Part shown: in pieces, positions 28,118-38,698 of the stretch
Position numbering within the stretch: the stretch's first letter is position 1
Layout: every line of letters begins with the position of its first letter
From: an uncultured Candidatus Saccharibacteria bacterium
Lineage (GTDB): Bacteria; Patescibacteriota; Dojkabacteria; J137
Assembly (NCBI GenBank): GCA_965230975.1
Contig: OZ246402.1
Span: 229,771-293,770 of the forward strand
Reading direction: 5' to 3'
Length of the DNA: 64,000 nt
Position numbers and translations under genes: made by a program
The notes under the pieces: model-generated
Seen by the model: only the letters and a program-made list of their open reading frames with translations
What the model was told of the DNA's origin: nothing
The model's database searches: none

Positions 28118-29494
28118 CTATTTTTCTCTCCAACTTAAGGTTTCTTCTCTCCCACTTTGTTTAGGTAAAAAGATAAGTGCAATAGCAAATATTCCGGTTA
28201 TATGCACAGAATAAACGAATCTATAGTCTCCACCCACACCACCTGCTAATAGCGGCAACAAATTGAATAACGATATAATGGCAAATCCTAAAGTAAGCTT
28301 ATTTCTTCTTATAACAAAGGTCCCAATTGTAATTATAATATAGCCAAAAATATTCCAGTAAAGATGTTCAGGTATCTTGTATTTAAAAGTGTAATTTGTG
28401 TACTTTAACAATATATCACTAAATATATTTGGGTTATAAGTAGGTAAGTTGTGATTTTCTCTCATATAATCAGGAACTCCAGGCTCTCCATAAAAAAATA
28501 CCAGTGAATTTAGTCCTATCATATTTGCAAAAGCACAAGCTCGATTTGCTAAAACACTAGGTAGGCTTCTTCTAATAATTCCAATAGCCAATGCATCAAA
28601 TTCTCTTTTATAGTTAGGGTCCTCTAAAACTTTCATATTGAAATCAGGGTTATGAAAGTAAAGAGAGTTACCATTCCTACAATCATACTTTTCTTTTATG
28701 CTTTTAACCGAGATAAGCTGTTCTAATACCTTGGTTTGTTCTTCAGTGATTGGATATCCTCCAACAATTGCTCCCGCGGTCATATGAATAAGACTTACGC
28801 TGTTTATAAAGTTTGGCTTATAAACTTTTAAAATGCTTGCTAATGGAAATTGTATAAACAAAAAGATTGCTAAACTTATTAAAAATATAGCAAGTGATTT
28901 TTTCCAATTTGTGACTTTTAAAAAATAGTAAACAACAGGTATCAAAAATATAAACAAGACTCCATTATGTCTTAAAGATGCGATTATTGTAATTAGTGTT
29001 GAGAATAACAATAATTTTTTTCTACTTTTGGGGAAACCATCTAGATAATGAACTAAAAACAGAGTAGATATAGCTAGTATTCCAAGACTAAAAGGTATGT
29101 CCTTCCATAATGTAACATTAAAGATTCCAATTGAAGGAGATGATACATATATTACAAATAGAATTAAGGCTAAAAATCGATTTAACCCCTTTTTAATTAA
29201 GAATGATAAAAGGTAGGCCGGCAAGATAGATGCAATGATTATCTGTACTATTGCAACTATTGCAGGATTATTCCAAATTCTTTGTAAAATACTTATTATT
29301 AGCGTATGAAAATAGGGGTGATGGTTGTCAAATGCGAAATTTGCTGCTTGGGTCCACTGATCATTAGAATCGGGTGTCATTATTCCAGGATAGAAAGCCA
29401 CTAACCACATTGAAAATACGAACAACGAAACAATGAAAATTAAAATAAATGTACTGTTATTGCCTAAAAAATGCTTTATGTTATTTAAATGCAT
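28118..29494 (-). CDS. Polytopic membrane protein, possibly a GT-C-type glycosyltransferase.
   Basis: About 12 transmembrane helices. The first extracytoplasmic loop contains YPGIMTPDSNDQW. Confidence 0.35.
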   Translation of the reverse strand: MHLNNIKHFLGNNSTFILIFIVSLFVFSMWLVAFYPGIMTPDSNDQWTQAANFAFDNHHPYFHTLIISILQRIWNNPAIVAIVQIIIASILPAYLLSFLIKKGLNRFLALILFVIYVSSPSIGIFNVTLWKDIPFSLGILAISTLFLVHYLDGFPKSRKKLLLFSTLITIIASLRHNGVLFIFLIPVVYYFLKVTNWKKSLAIFLISLAIFLFIQFPLASILKVYKPNFINSVSLIHMTAGAIVGGYPITEEQTKVLEQLISVKSIKEKYDCRNGNSLYFHNPDFNMKVLEDPNYKREFDALAIGIIRRSLPSVLANRACAFANMIGLNSLVFFYGEPGVPDYMRENHNLPTYNPNIFSDILLKYTNYTFKYKIPEHLYWNIFGYIIITIGTFVIRRNKLTLGFAIISLFNLLPLLAGGVGGDYRFVYSVHITGIFAIALIFLPKQSGREETLSWREK

Positions 29495-29551
29495 AATAAT
29501 TGCTGTTTAAGTTCTAATTAACTATAATTACCTATCAATATTTTTACTACA

Positions 29552-30844
29552 ATGACTGCGACAAGTAAAGCCTTAATTTTAACCACTAAGTTTTTGAGAA
29601 AAAAAAACATACTGCTAATTTTGATATCTTTTTTATTCGTTTCATTACCTTTCAGTTTTCTATTCTCGCCTCCCCCACGTAGTCAAGATTCTATATGTGG
29701 GATGTATGTACATATTACTGAAAATACTGGGTTTACATTAAACTGCGACTCTGGTGCATTAGTGAATTTAGCTCTAAACCCAAAAAGTGTCTTAGGTAAA
29801 GGGGAGTTACTTCAAAGTAGACCGGGAATAATACCAGTAGGTATATTATTTGCGATTCCATTTATTGTTGTTTCGAATATTATTAATATACCTGAATATA
29901 TTGCAGAAACAGGTATAAATTTAAATTATTTTTTAGGATTTGTGCTTTTTAATTTTGTATTACTATTATCAGGAGTATTTCTTTTTATTAAGATAGGAAT
30001 TTCTCAAAATTTTAGCAAGTTATTAATTTTAGCAGGGTCGTTAGGACTAGTAACTAATTTTGTGGTAAAGGCATTTATATTTACCCCGCATCAACAAATT
30101 TTTAATGTAGTACTTCCAATTATTTTAATATATATAATTGTAAAAGGGATTGAGAAAGATTTTAGTAATAAAACTATTTTTTTTGTTTCAGTTATAACTG
30201 GTTTGTTTTGCCTTTTTTACCCTAGTTTTGTCTTAATACCTGCAGCATTAGGTATTATCTTTGTTCACAATAGAATAAATTTAAAAAGATTAAATATCTT
30301 TAAATTTATACCGTTATTGATTGCGCTAATTATCTCCCTATTTCCAACATTGATTTGGCCAATCTTGGTTAGAGTGAGAACAGGTAATTACTTTAACTTA
30401 GCATCAGATGGCTATAGGCAATTTGTATGGATTTTTGATGCATTTAAAGAAGGTTTATCTCCCGGAGTGCATGCTATAACTCTGCATTTTAACGATTTCC
30501 TTAGATCTATATCTCTTGAATTTATTGTTTCATTTGTACTTATAATAGTTTTATTGTTTGGGGTACTATTTCTGAAAAAAGAAAAGAGAGTTGTTATAAC
30601 TAAAAATCTAAGTTTATATTTTATCCTGCTAGGAATAGTTGCTATATTTTACTTTCTTCTAGGGAGTTACTTCGAGAGGTTAACTTATAACATTCTGCTA
30701 ATTATACAATTCATAATAATATTAATATTTAGTAGATACTTAAAGATATTTACCCAGTTCAAGAGGTTAGACTTAGTAGTTTTAGTATTTGTGATTGTAA
30801 AGTTTGTTGTTTTGCTTGTTCAAAATGGTCCTTATACAATTTAG
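29552..30844 (+). CDS. Polytopic membrane protein of unknown function.
   Basis: 430 aa, highly hydrophobic. Transcribed divergently from the preceding membrane protein. Confidence 0.35.
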   Translation: MTATSKALILTTKFLRKKNILLILISFLFVSLPFSFLFSPPPRSQDSICGMYVHITENTGFTLNCDSGALVNLALNPKSVLGKGELLQSRPGIIPVGILFAIPFIVVSNIINIPEYIAETGINLNYFLGFVLFNFVLLLSGVFLFIKIGISQNFSKLLILAGSLGLVTNFVVKAFIFTPHQQIFNVVLPIILIYIIVKGIEKDFSNKTIFFVSVITGLFCLFYPSFVLIPAALGIIFVHNRINLKRLNIFKFIPLLIALIISLFPTLIWPILVRVRTGNYFNLASDGYRQFVWIFDAFKEGLSPGVHAITLHFNDFLRSISLEFIVSFVLIIVLLFGVLFLKKEKRVVITKNLSLYFILLGIVAIFYFLLGSYFERLTYNILLIIQFIIILIFSRYLKIFTQFKRLDLVVLVFVIVKFVVLLVQNGPYTI

Positions 30845-31045
30845 AATGCAATTTTCATATTAACGAAGTAATAGTTTAATAAAGTAAGTTAATAATAAAA
30901 ACCATCCCAAAAAACCTGATTGACAATAAGCACGAATACTATTATTTTGATTAGTACTAACAGAATACCATTTTGATAAAATCTCACTTAAATAGTTGAT
31001 TGATATCATTTCTCTGTTTATCAGCAATACATATAAATTTTTAAT

Positions 31046-31762
31046 ATGAAAGTAACAAAAGATCAAAAAAATTATATAGGTAGGGATTTGGAAGCAATGT
31101 CAGCTGCTAAAAACTACTATAACTGGATTATTTCTGAATTTGGGAAATATATTAAAGGAGATGTTGCAGAAGTTGGTGCTGGATCTGGAACTTTTACAGA
31201 TTATATTCTTAAAAAAAATCCAAGTTCTATTTTGACAGTTGAGCCTTCAGAAGAGATGTATCCATTACTAAAAAAGCATGTAGAATCAAATACTAAAATA
31301 TCAACATATAATGGATTTTTTGAAGATACAATAAAAGGTAATGGAGAGAACTTGGACTCAGTATTATATATAAATGTTCTTGAACATGTTGAACATGATT
31401 TTGAGGAATTAAAACATGTGTATAAATCTTTAAGAAAAGGAGGGTATGTTTGTATATATGTACCAGCATTACCGTGGATATATGGTTCTTTTGATGAGCA
31501 GGTCGGACACTATAGAAGATATACTAAAAAAGACTTAAGAAAAAAATTAGAGGATGCGGGTTTTCATGTTGAAATGATCAGATATTCTGACATTATTGGC
31601 ATACTACCTTGGTTATTTAGTTTTAGAATCTTAAAACGGAAGGATTTAGGTACAAAACAAGTAGGTATTTATGATAAATACATAATTCCATTAATTAAAA
31701 CTCAAGAGAAGCTTGTTAAATCCCCTATAGGAAAGAATTTATGGGCTGTGGGTAGGAAGTAG
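31046..31762 (+). CDS. Class I SAM-dependent methyltransferase.
   Basis: VAEVGAGSGTFTDYIL (motif I) and VLYINVLEHV. Confidence 0.65.
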   Translation: MKVTKDQKNYIGRDLEAMSAAKNYYNWIISEFGKYIKGDVAEVGAGSGTFTDYILKKNPSSILTVEPSEEMYPLLKKHVESNTKISTYNGFFEDTIKGNGENLDSVLYINVLEHVEHDFEELKHVYKSLRKGGYVCIYVPALPWIYGSFDEQVGHYRRYTKKDLRKKLEDAGFHVEMIRYSDIIGILPWLFSFRILKRKDLGTKQVGIYDKYIIPLIKTQEKLVKSPIGKNLWAVGRK

Positions 31763-31775
31763 CTTCAATACAAGC

Positions 31776-32627
31776 CTATGAATTTGGTACTCTCATTTTA
31801 GATGCTTTGTTATTAAGCTTTTGCCCGGTTAAATCTCCAGTCAATGATTGTAAAGTTGCAGCCATTAAATGGTATTCTGGACCATGTGCTCGCATTTTAA
31901 TTTTCCCCTCTTCAGTTTTTTGAATAGGGAATAGCAAGAATTTTATATAATCCTCAATCAAATATTTAATATGTCCATTGATTCTTGAATATTCTGGTAA
32001 GCGTCCTAGATCTTTTTCTAATAACTCAAATATTTCCTTTAGTAAATTATCAGATGCCAGTCCCAATCTACAGTTGGTTACCCCATTTGCCTCGAATATG
32101 GGTAATGCCCTAGGGATTAGGTGATACCCAACAGAAAGTAGCCCATAACTTTTTTTATCTGCCTCATCTAAAGGTTCTGGTATTACCTTCTTTACCTCCT
32201 GAGCATTTGTATAGGTATCATATGAAGTTTCTTCTAAGATTGTTGCATCTTCAAACTTATTTATTAACGCAAAAAGCTCAGCAGATGTAATATCAGGCCC
32301 CACAGAAGTGCTATATAATAAACTTCTTACATATTCTTGCATAGCCCTTGCTTCAGTTTTACCACCGCCTCCTACTGTTGATCCACCAGAAAAAATAATC
32401 TTTTCTGTTATACCTAGCCTCCAAAGCAAATATGAAGTAATTGCATTTATTTTTGAAGGAATGCTTAAAATACCGGGCATGGATGTAGATTTATCCCAAT
32501 TATGACCTAAAGCCACTATGAAATTTACAGGCCCATTGTCTGCAACATACTCAAGCAAACTTTCTATTTTTAGGACTTGGGGATGTTTAATGTATTCATT
32601 ATTCGAAGTATCTTTAAATTTATCCAT
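31776..32627 (-). CDS. DUF218 / YdcF-SanA-ElyC family protein.
   Basis: IFSGGSTVGGGGKTEARAMQEYV and ILEETSYDTYTNAQE match the DUF218 GG...G.sEA..m and E..S.nT.eNA motifs. Confidence 0.55.
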   Translation of the reverse strand: MDKFKDTSNNEYIKHPQVLKIESLLEYVADNGPVNFIVALGHNWDKSTSMPGILSIPSKINAITSYLLWRLGITEKIIFSGGSTVGGGGKTEARAMQEYVRSLLYSTSVGPDITSAELFALINKFEDATILEETSYDTYTNAQEVKKVIPEPLDEADKKSYGLLSVGYHLIPRALPIFEANGVTNCRLGLASDNLLKEIFELLEKDLGRLPEYSRINGHIKYLIEDYIKFLLFPIQKTEEGKIKMRAHGPEYHLMAATLQSLTGDLTGQKLNNKASKMRVPNS

Positions 32628-32728
32628 TTCGAGGTATTGCCCTTAATAAAGTATATTTTTAATCTCAATTTATATTAAATTGGTTGAGAATATTTTATAA
32701 GTTTTTGCAACCCTACTTCACTAATCAA

Positions 32729-33460
32729 TTACATATTAAACTTCACAATCTCTTTTATTGCTTTATATCCATCTTCAAATGCGCTCATTTTTTTACCTTC
32801 TGCAATAGATCTTGGAAAGTAGCTTATAGAAACTATCCCGAACTTTAAATGTTTTCCATTCAATTTATATTTTGATAATTTAGCAGTTAGCTCAGGTTCC
32901 AACCCAAATCTACTTGTAGAGGTAATGTTGCCTCCTACAGCCCTTGCAACCTCCCCATTCATTAGTTTGTAGCAAACCTCCATGTCTGGAATCCAAACTT
33001 TGATCCTAGGGTAGGTAAACACATTAGAAGCAAAAGATAAGAACTTATTGCCAATATAATTTTGCCAATAAATAACTTTATTTTTCTTTCCAAATCTATT
33101 TCCGTAAACTACATCTAGACTTTTTTCTTGCATTAAATTTAATAAGTCACAAATTTCGTTAGGCTCATATTCAAAATCTGCATCTTGAATTACAACAACA
33201 TCACCCGTAGTTTTCAAAATACCATTTCTAACAGTTTGAGATTTACCTGAATTCTTTTCGTTAGAATAGGCATGTACTTGAGGGTTATTTTTCTCTAAAT
33301 CTTGCATGATAGCCCAGGTATTATCCTTGCTTCCATCATTAACGATTATAACTTCCATTTCACTTACATGGGGATATTGGACTGATATAACCTTTTCAAC
33401 TAATTGCGCTAATGTTTTTTCTTCATTCCAAGCTGGAATAACGATAGAGAGCTTATTCAT
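32729..33460 (-). CDS. GT2 polyprenyl-phosphate glycosyltransferase (dolichol/undecaprenyl-phosphate mannose or glucose synthase-like; GtrB-like).
   Basis: LSIVIPAWNEEKTL, VIIVNDGSKDNT and DADFEYEP. It is followed on the same strand by a GtrA-like gene. Confidence 0.7.
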   Translation of the reverse strand: MNKLSIVIPAWNEEKTLAQLVEKVISVQYPHVSEMEVIIVNDGSKDNTWAIMQDLEKNNPQVHAYSNEKNSGKSQTVRNGILKTTGDVVVIQDADFEYEPNEICDLLNLMQEKSLDVVYGNRFGKKNKVIYWQNYIGNKFLSFASNVFTYPRIKVWIPDMEVCYKLMNGEVARAVGGNITSTSRFGLEPELTAKLSKYKLNGKHLKFGIVSISYFPRSIAEGKKMSAFEDGYKAIKEIVKFNM

Positions 33461-33468
33461 AAAATTAA

Positions 33469-33897
33469 TTAAATCTTTTTAAATACAAAAAACTTATAAA
33501 GTATAAAACTGGAACACATTTGCATTCCCGTCGTAATTAGTTTAGTGATTGGAATTGGAATATGCAAGTCAAGAAAGATAGCAAATACTATAACTCCAAA
33601 TAAAACTAAATTGAAAATGCTAACAAAAACAAATTTAGGAAATTGTTTTTTTGTAGCCTCTTGATTGCCTTTAAACGAGATATATTTTTGAAAATAGAAA
33701 GAGTAGATTAGTGCTAATGTTGTAGATATCACATTTGGAATAAATACAAACCCTAACAATTCAAGTTTGAAATTTAGAATATAGGTTTGAAAAGTAAGAA
33801 GTCCAAAATCTACTAAAAAAGCTGTAATACCTCCTACTAAAAAGTTTCTAAACTCTTTAGTTAAAAATAATTTCTTTAATTTATTAATTAGCTGCAT
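33469..33897 (-). CDS. GtrA-family small membrane protein.
   Basis: 142 aa with four transmembrane helices. FRNFLVGGITAFLVDFGLL matches the GtrA signature. Confidence 0.65.
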   Translation of the reverse strand: MQLINKLKKLFLTKEFRNFLVGGITAFLVDFGLLTFQTYILNFKLELLGFVFIPNVISTTLALIYSFYFQKYISFKGNQEATKKQFPKFVFVSIFNLVLFGVIVFAIFLDLHIPIPITKLITTGMQMCSSFILYKFFVFKKI

Positions 33898-34009
33898 ATT
33901 ATTGGAATTTGATGTAAATCGATAACCATAATATCAGTATTTATAAGTTCAGTACATAGGTTTTGCAAAAAGAATGTGGTATATTTTTGTAATAATTAAA
34001 TAATCTTTA

Positions 34010-35359
34010 ATGCGCAAATATTTTATACAACCTAAATACTTTCTAATAATTGTTATATTTATTTCTATATCTGTAGCTTTAGGAATAAGAATAGTTAGCC
34101 CAAAGTGGAAATCAATCTCTTCTGATGGCTTTGGTTACTACGTATATTTACCTCAAATCTTAAAATACCAAGATATCAAAGGAGTAGCGGTGCTAAATAA
34201 TTTAGCAGAAAACGAGCAACAAAATGCACAAGGTAGATTATTACCTTTAGAAAATGGTAATTATATAAATAAATATCCGATTGGTGAGGCTTTGTTAATG
34301 CTCCCATTTTTCTTAGGAGCAGATTTGATTAATTCAATATTTATTCATGGAAACAACTATTTTGAAGGCATTTTTTCTTTAGTACCAAGTATTGCCTCAA
34401 TTTTTTATTTTTCTTTAGGCATTATTTTTTTACAAAAAATCTTAGGTAAGTTCTTATCAAATAAAGTCACTTTAATTACTCTAACTTTAGTAATTTTTGG
34501 TACAAACTTATTACACTATTCTACCTTTGACCCATCTTTTAGCCACGTATACAGCTTTGCACTATTTTCTATATTTACCTATTTTGTAATCGAGTTTGAA
34601 AATTATAAAAACAAACTATCTTATTGGGCTACTTTAGGAGGTTTAATTGGCCTGATAATTTCGGTTAGACAAACTAATGTAATAATCTCAATTTTGCTTT
34701 TATATCCATTAATTAAAGAAATCCAGAATTTAGGATTAAAACAATTCTTAAAAAGCTATGCAAAAAGTTTTGTAACTTTTGCCGGTTTTGCAATATTACT
34801 ATTTTTACCACAAATTATTTATTGGTATATAGTTACCGGAAGCCCGCTGGTATCATCTTATTCGTATAATGCATACGAAACTTTCAATATTTTACATCCA
34901 GAAGTAGGAAATGTTTTATTTAGTGCAAGAAAAGGTTTGTTCTTTTGGACTCCAATATTGTTACTATCAATCCCAGGGTTTATTTTAATGTTTAAAAAAA
35001 GAGTAGAACATCGATACCCATTTTTAAGTGTATTGCTTATTCAACTTTTTATTGTTTCGGCTTGGTGGGCGTGGAGTTACGGTTTCTCTTTTGGCCATAG
35101 AGCTTTTACTGAATTTGCAGTATTTTTTGCATTGCCCCTAGGATTCTTTGTAGACTGGTTGATAGCAAGAAAGCAAAGACACTACATTTTAATAGGTTTT
35201 GTAATTATTGGTTTGTTGATGTTTTTAAACTTATTTCAAATGCAACAATATTGGCGCGGACTTTTACACCCAGATGGCATGACAATAGAAAGCTATATAA
35301 AAATATTTATGCAACCGTGCATAGGCAAAATAGAGTTCTTAAGATGCGATTGGTTATAA
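34010..35359 (+). CDS. Polytopic membrane protein, a candidate GT-C glycosyltransferase (GtrC-like partner of the GtrA and GT2 genes).
   Basis: 449 aa with more than ten transmembrane helices. Transcribed divergently from the GtrA/GT2 pair. Confidence 0.35.
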   Translation: MRKYFIQPKYFLIIVIFISISVALGIRIVSPKWKSISSDGFGYYVYLPQILKYQDIKGVAVLNNLAENEQQNAQGRLLPLENGNYINKYPIGEALLMLPFFLGADLINSIFIHGNNYFEGIFSLVPSIASIFYFSLGIIFLQKILGKFLSNKVTLITLTLVIFGTNLLHYSTFDPSFSHVYSFALFSIFTYFVIEFENYKNKLSYWATLGGLIGLIISVRQTNVIISILLLYPLIKEIQNLGLKQFLKSYAKSFVTFAGFAILLFLPQIIYWYIVTGSPLVSSYSYNAYETFNILHPEVGNVLFSARKGLFFWTPILLLSIPGFILMFKKRVEHRYPFLSVLLIQLFIVSAWWAWSYGFSFGHRAFTEFAVFFALPLGFFVDWLIARKQRHYILIGFVIIGLLMFLNLFQMQQYWRGLLHPDGMTIESYIKIFMQPCIGKIEFLRCDWL

Positions 35360-36427
35360 GTACTTATCAAACCCCTCTTCCTCCATCTTCTTCAAGAATT
35401 CTTTGATCCTAGTATTGTCATCCTTATGGAAAACTGCCAATACATCTGGGGTGTTAACTACAATCATTCCTTCAAGTCCTATTGTTGCAACAAGCTTATC
35501 AGATTGAGTATTGTAAATAAGTGTGTCAGATGATCCCATATCAAAACTGTGTCCGTTAACCACATTCCCATTAGAAGCGTCTTCCAACGCTTCTTTAAAG
35601 GCTATCCATTCACCAACATCACTCCAGCCCATATCAGTTAATAACACCTCTGCATCTTGAGGCTCTAAGTATTCGGCAAAAGCATAATCTGCAGATATTT
35701 TTTCAAGAGTTCTAAACTGTTCCATTACTTCTTTATCAAAATTGCTATCTCTAATCTCTTTTATTACCTTATACATCTCTGGCCTTGAAATTTGCAACTT
35801 CGAATTGTATTGTGCAGCTGTTAAGTTCCAATAACCAGGGTTCCACCCATAGTGCCCATCATTAATATAGCTTTCTGCAACTTCTTTTGTTGGTTTTTCT
35901 ACAAACTTAACAAATTTATGAAGATCCAAACCCTCAGAAACTGAGTTTACCAACTCACCAAATTGAATATACCCTCTATGTGGAGAGGGAAATCTGGCAG
36001 GAACTGCAATTAATGTTATTTTCCCGTTCTCTTTATGAATCTTTTCAGCCTCTCTTAATGAATTAATAAAAATATCAGGTTTCTTAATTAAGTGGTCTGA
36101 CCACTGAACAGATATTAGTTCGCCTGGGTAAAGTGTATCAACGTAGTTAACTGCCAAACTTACAGCTGGGCCAGTATCCCTCATTTCTGGCTCTAGAATT
36201 ATATTTCTTTCAGGAAGTTCTGGAACAATGCTTTTAACTTCTTTTTCGTATTGCACTCCTGTGCTAATAAAAATATCTTCATCTTTAAAACCTTGTTTTA
36301 ATACTTCGTACCTAAGTCTAAGTAGAGGTTTATCATTAACAATAGGTAAAAACTGTTTAGGAGAAGATTTTCGACTAACTGGCCAAAATCGTTTACCAGT
36401 GCCACCAGCAAAAATAATTATTTTCAT
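35354..36427 (-). CDS. manC: Mannose-1-phosphate guanylyltransferase (GDP-mannose pyrophosphorylase).
   Basis: MKIIIFAGGTGKRFWPVSRKSSPKQFLPI matches the nucleotidyltransferase G-rich loop. The size is about 357 aa, typical of ManC. Confidence 0.75.
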   Translation of the reverse strand: MKIIIFAGGTGKRFWPVSRKSSPKQFLPIVNDKPLLRLRYEVLKQGFKDEDIFISTGVQYEKEVKSIVPELPERNIILEPEMRDTGPAVSLAVNYVDTLYPGELISVQWSDHLIKKPDIFINSLREAEKIHKENGKITLIAVPARFPSPHRGYIQFGELVNSVSEGLDLHKFVKFVEKPTKEVAESYINDGHYGWNPGYWNLTAAQYNSKLQISRPEMYKVIKEIRDSNFDKEVMEQFRTLEKISADYAFAEYLEPQDAEVLLTDMGWSDVGEWIAFKEALEDASNGNVVNGHSFDMGSSDTLIYNTQSDKLVATIGLEGMIVVNTPDVLAVFHKDDNTRIKEFLKKMEEEGFDKYL

Positions 36428-36509
36428 AGCAAGAACTAATATATAAGAATTTTACTTTAAAAAACCAATTTGTAGGTCTATTATATCCATACATTTTAAA
36501 TTTACAAAT

Positions 36510-37946
36510 ATGACTTTAAATAATTTAATTGCTCAAACAGGAGTTAGTTTTGGCACAAGCGGTGTAAGAGCTCTTGCTGCAGATATTACAGACCAAGTTG
36601 CATTTTTATACACAACATCTTTTATACAATTTGTAGAAAAAAGATATTCAAATCTAGAAAAAACTATTGTACTTGCAGGTGATAGAAGACCAAGTACTCC
36701 AAGAATTTTGAACGCAATTGCATCTGCTTGTATACAAAAAGGATACAAAGTTATTTATGGAGGTAACATTCCAACTCCAGCTTTAAGCTATTATGGATTC
36801 TTGCACAAATACCCGAGCATAATGGTTACAGGCAGCCATATTCCTTTTGATAGAAACGGAATTAAATTTAATAAACCAAATGGAGAACTTTTGAAAGATG
36901 ATGAGAAGGACTTGAAAAATGAGATTATTCAAGATGAAAATCCAGTAATAACAAATGTGGAACTAAAAGAAGATCCTACTGTTAAAAACGCTTATGTAAA
37001 TCGATATTTAGATTTCTTTCCTCAAAAATATTTGTCTGGAAAAAGAATTGGTTTGTACGGTCATTCGTCTGTAACACGCGAAGTATTTTATGAAATACTT
37101 ACAAGCTTTGGTGCAGAGGTTACTAAATTAGGTTTTACAGAAGAATTTATTCCAATTGATACAGATGCAATAAGGGAAGAGGATAGAGTTTTATATAAAA
37201 ATTGGGAAAAAGAATACGACTTTGATGCGATAGTTTCTGCAGACGGAGATGGAGATAGACCAATGGTTGGAGACGATTTAGGCGAAATTATTGTTGGAGA
37301 TGTTTTGGACACCTTAGTCTCAAGTTATTTAGGTGCAAATACTGTTGTTTGCCCAGTAATGTGTAATACAGCAATAGAGAAGAGTGGCTTGTTCAGTAAA
37401 GTTCTTAGAACAAAAATAGGTTCCCCTTATGTAATTAAAGGTATGTTAGATAATCCAGAAGGAATAGTTGTCGGTTTTGAAGCTAATGGAGGATTTGTTT
37501 TAGGTTCTAGAGTAGAAAAAGAGGGTAGGATTTTAGAGCCTTTAATGACAAGGGATGCTTTATTGCCAATTCTTGCTGTTTTGGCATTATCAATAGGTAA
37601 AGGCAAGCTGATAAGTGAACTCTTTGACAATTTGCCAAAAAGATTTACATACAATGATAGGCTTAAAGAATTTCCTACAGAAAAAAGTAAGGAATTACTA
37701 TCTAGTTTAACCAATATTGTAAAATCAAAAATGACATTAGAAGGTTCTGTTTTAGAGGGGATAGGAGGTATGGTGGTAGAGGTTAATGAAACGGATGGAC
37801 TAAGGCTAACTATGGAAAATGGTGATATTTTTCAACTAAGACCATCGGGAAATGCTCCTGAATTAAGATGCTATGTAGAATCAGATACTGTTGATAGGGC
37901 AAAAGAGCTAAATAAATTATTGCTTTCAAAAATCAGTTCGTTATAG
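36510..37946 (+). CDS. Alpha-D-phosphohexomutase (phosphomannomutase/phosphoglucomutase family).
   Basis: The active-site phosphoserine loop VTGSHIPFDRNGIKF is present, the metal loop reads DGDGDR, and the sugar-binding region GFEANGG is present. Confidence 0.7.
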   Translation: MTLNNLIAQTGVSFGTSGVRALAADITDQVAFLYTTSFIQFVEKRYSNLEKTIVLAGDRRPSTPRILNAIASACIQKGYKVIYGGNIPTPALSYYGFLHKYPSIMVTGSHIPFDRNGIKFNKPNGELLKDDEKDLKNEIIQDENPVITNVELKEDPTVKNAYVNRYLDFFPQKYLSGKRIGLYGHSSVTREVFYEILTSFGAEVTKLGFTEEFIPIDTDAIREEDRVLYKNWEKEYDFDAIVSADGDGDRPMVGDDLGEIIVGDVLDTLVSSYLGANTVVCPVMCNTAIEKSGLFSKVLRTKIGSPYVIKGMLDNPEGIVVGFEANGGFVLGSRVEKEGRILEPLMTRDALLPILAVLALSIGKGKLISELFDNLPKRFTYNDRLKEFPTEKSKELLSSLTNIVKSKMTLEGSVLEGIGGMVVEVNETDGLRLTMENGDIFQLRPSGNAPELRCYVESDTVDRAKELNKLLLSKISSL

Positions 37947-38423
37947 TTTTTTATGTCTCTTTCTTGCAGGGTATTTTTTAGAATTTTTATCTTCAACTAA
38001 GAAGCTTTTTTGATTTAAAATGTCGTTTTTGTATTGTGCAAAGATTTTAAGTTGGTTTTTATCGTAACTAATCAACTGTGGGTTTTTATATTTTAAAGAA
38101 GTTAGTATTACTGAATTATCTGTAAAAGAGATATCGTTACTAAGCGATATATCAAGAATGCTTGCAAACTCACTTTGGTCTATATAATGTACAAAATAAA
38201 ATTTATTAGTATTGAGAAATTCTTTGATAAAGAGAGTAAAAGATTGTTTGTAATCACTATACTTAATGTTTGCAAGTGTAATTAATTCACTAATAACAAG
38301 ATTATTTATAACTATAATTTCATTTTCCTCTAAAAGTTTTTCAAATAATTCAATTGATTTATTGTGAAAAACATCAGATTTTAGCAAAAAAGAAACTAAG
38401 AAAGATGTATCAACTGTCACCAT
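37941..38423 (-). CDS. PIN-domain toxin (VapC-like).
   Basis: The N-terminal VTVDTSFLV carries the first Asp, and ISE and FTDNS carry further acidic residues. It overlaps an upstream RHH antitoxin gene. Confidence 0.5.
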   Translation of the reverse strand: MVTVDTSFLVSFLLKSDVFHNKSIELFEKLLEENEIIVINNLVISELITLANIKYSDYKQSFTLFIKEFLNTNKFYFVHYIDQSEFASILDISLSNDISFTDNSVILTSLKYKNPQLISYDKNQLKIFAQYKNDILNQKSFLVEDKNSKKYPARKRHKKL

Positions 38424-38697
38424 ATATATACTTCTTATAATTAGTACTCATATTTTTTGATTCTGGTTTGTTGTCTTCTATAACAAATTGTTCTAAATAT
38501 TTTTTTATATTACTTGGTTTTTTAGTGTTTCGTTCATTATATTCAGCAATTAATTCTCTTACAACTTTAGATATAGATTTGCCTTCTCTTTCTGTTAAGA
38601 TTTTAAACTTTTCGTATTCTTTAGCATCTATTTCTAATGGTGGTAACTTTGCTTTGTTCATTTTTATATAATACATTAAAGTTATATAAGACGTCAA
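38410..38697 (-). CDS. Ribbon-helix-helix (CopG/VapB-like) antitoxin. The likely start is MNKAKLPP at 38659.
   Basis: LEIDAKEYEKFKILTEREGKSISKVVRELIAEY is an RHH-like beta-alpha-alpha segment. The gene overlaps the PIN gene start. Confidence 0.45.
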   Translation of the reverse strand: MTSYITLMYYIKMNKAKLPPLEIDAKEYEKFKILTEREGKSISKVVRELIAEYNERNTKKPSNIKKYLEQFVIEDNKPESKNMSTNYKKYIYGDS

Positions 38698-38698
38698 C

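Noticed and set aside
30860-31066. 68-aa minus-strand ORF between a membrane protein and a methyltransferase.
   Set aside because: It overlaps the start of the plus-strand methyltransferase and is hydrophobic and low-complexity. It is likely spurious.
36228-37714. Several short antisense ORFs within manC and the phosphohexomutase gene.
   Set aside because: They are shadow ORFs opposite well-supported genes.
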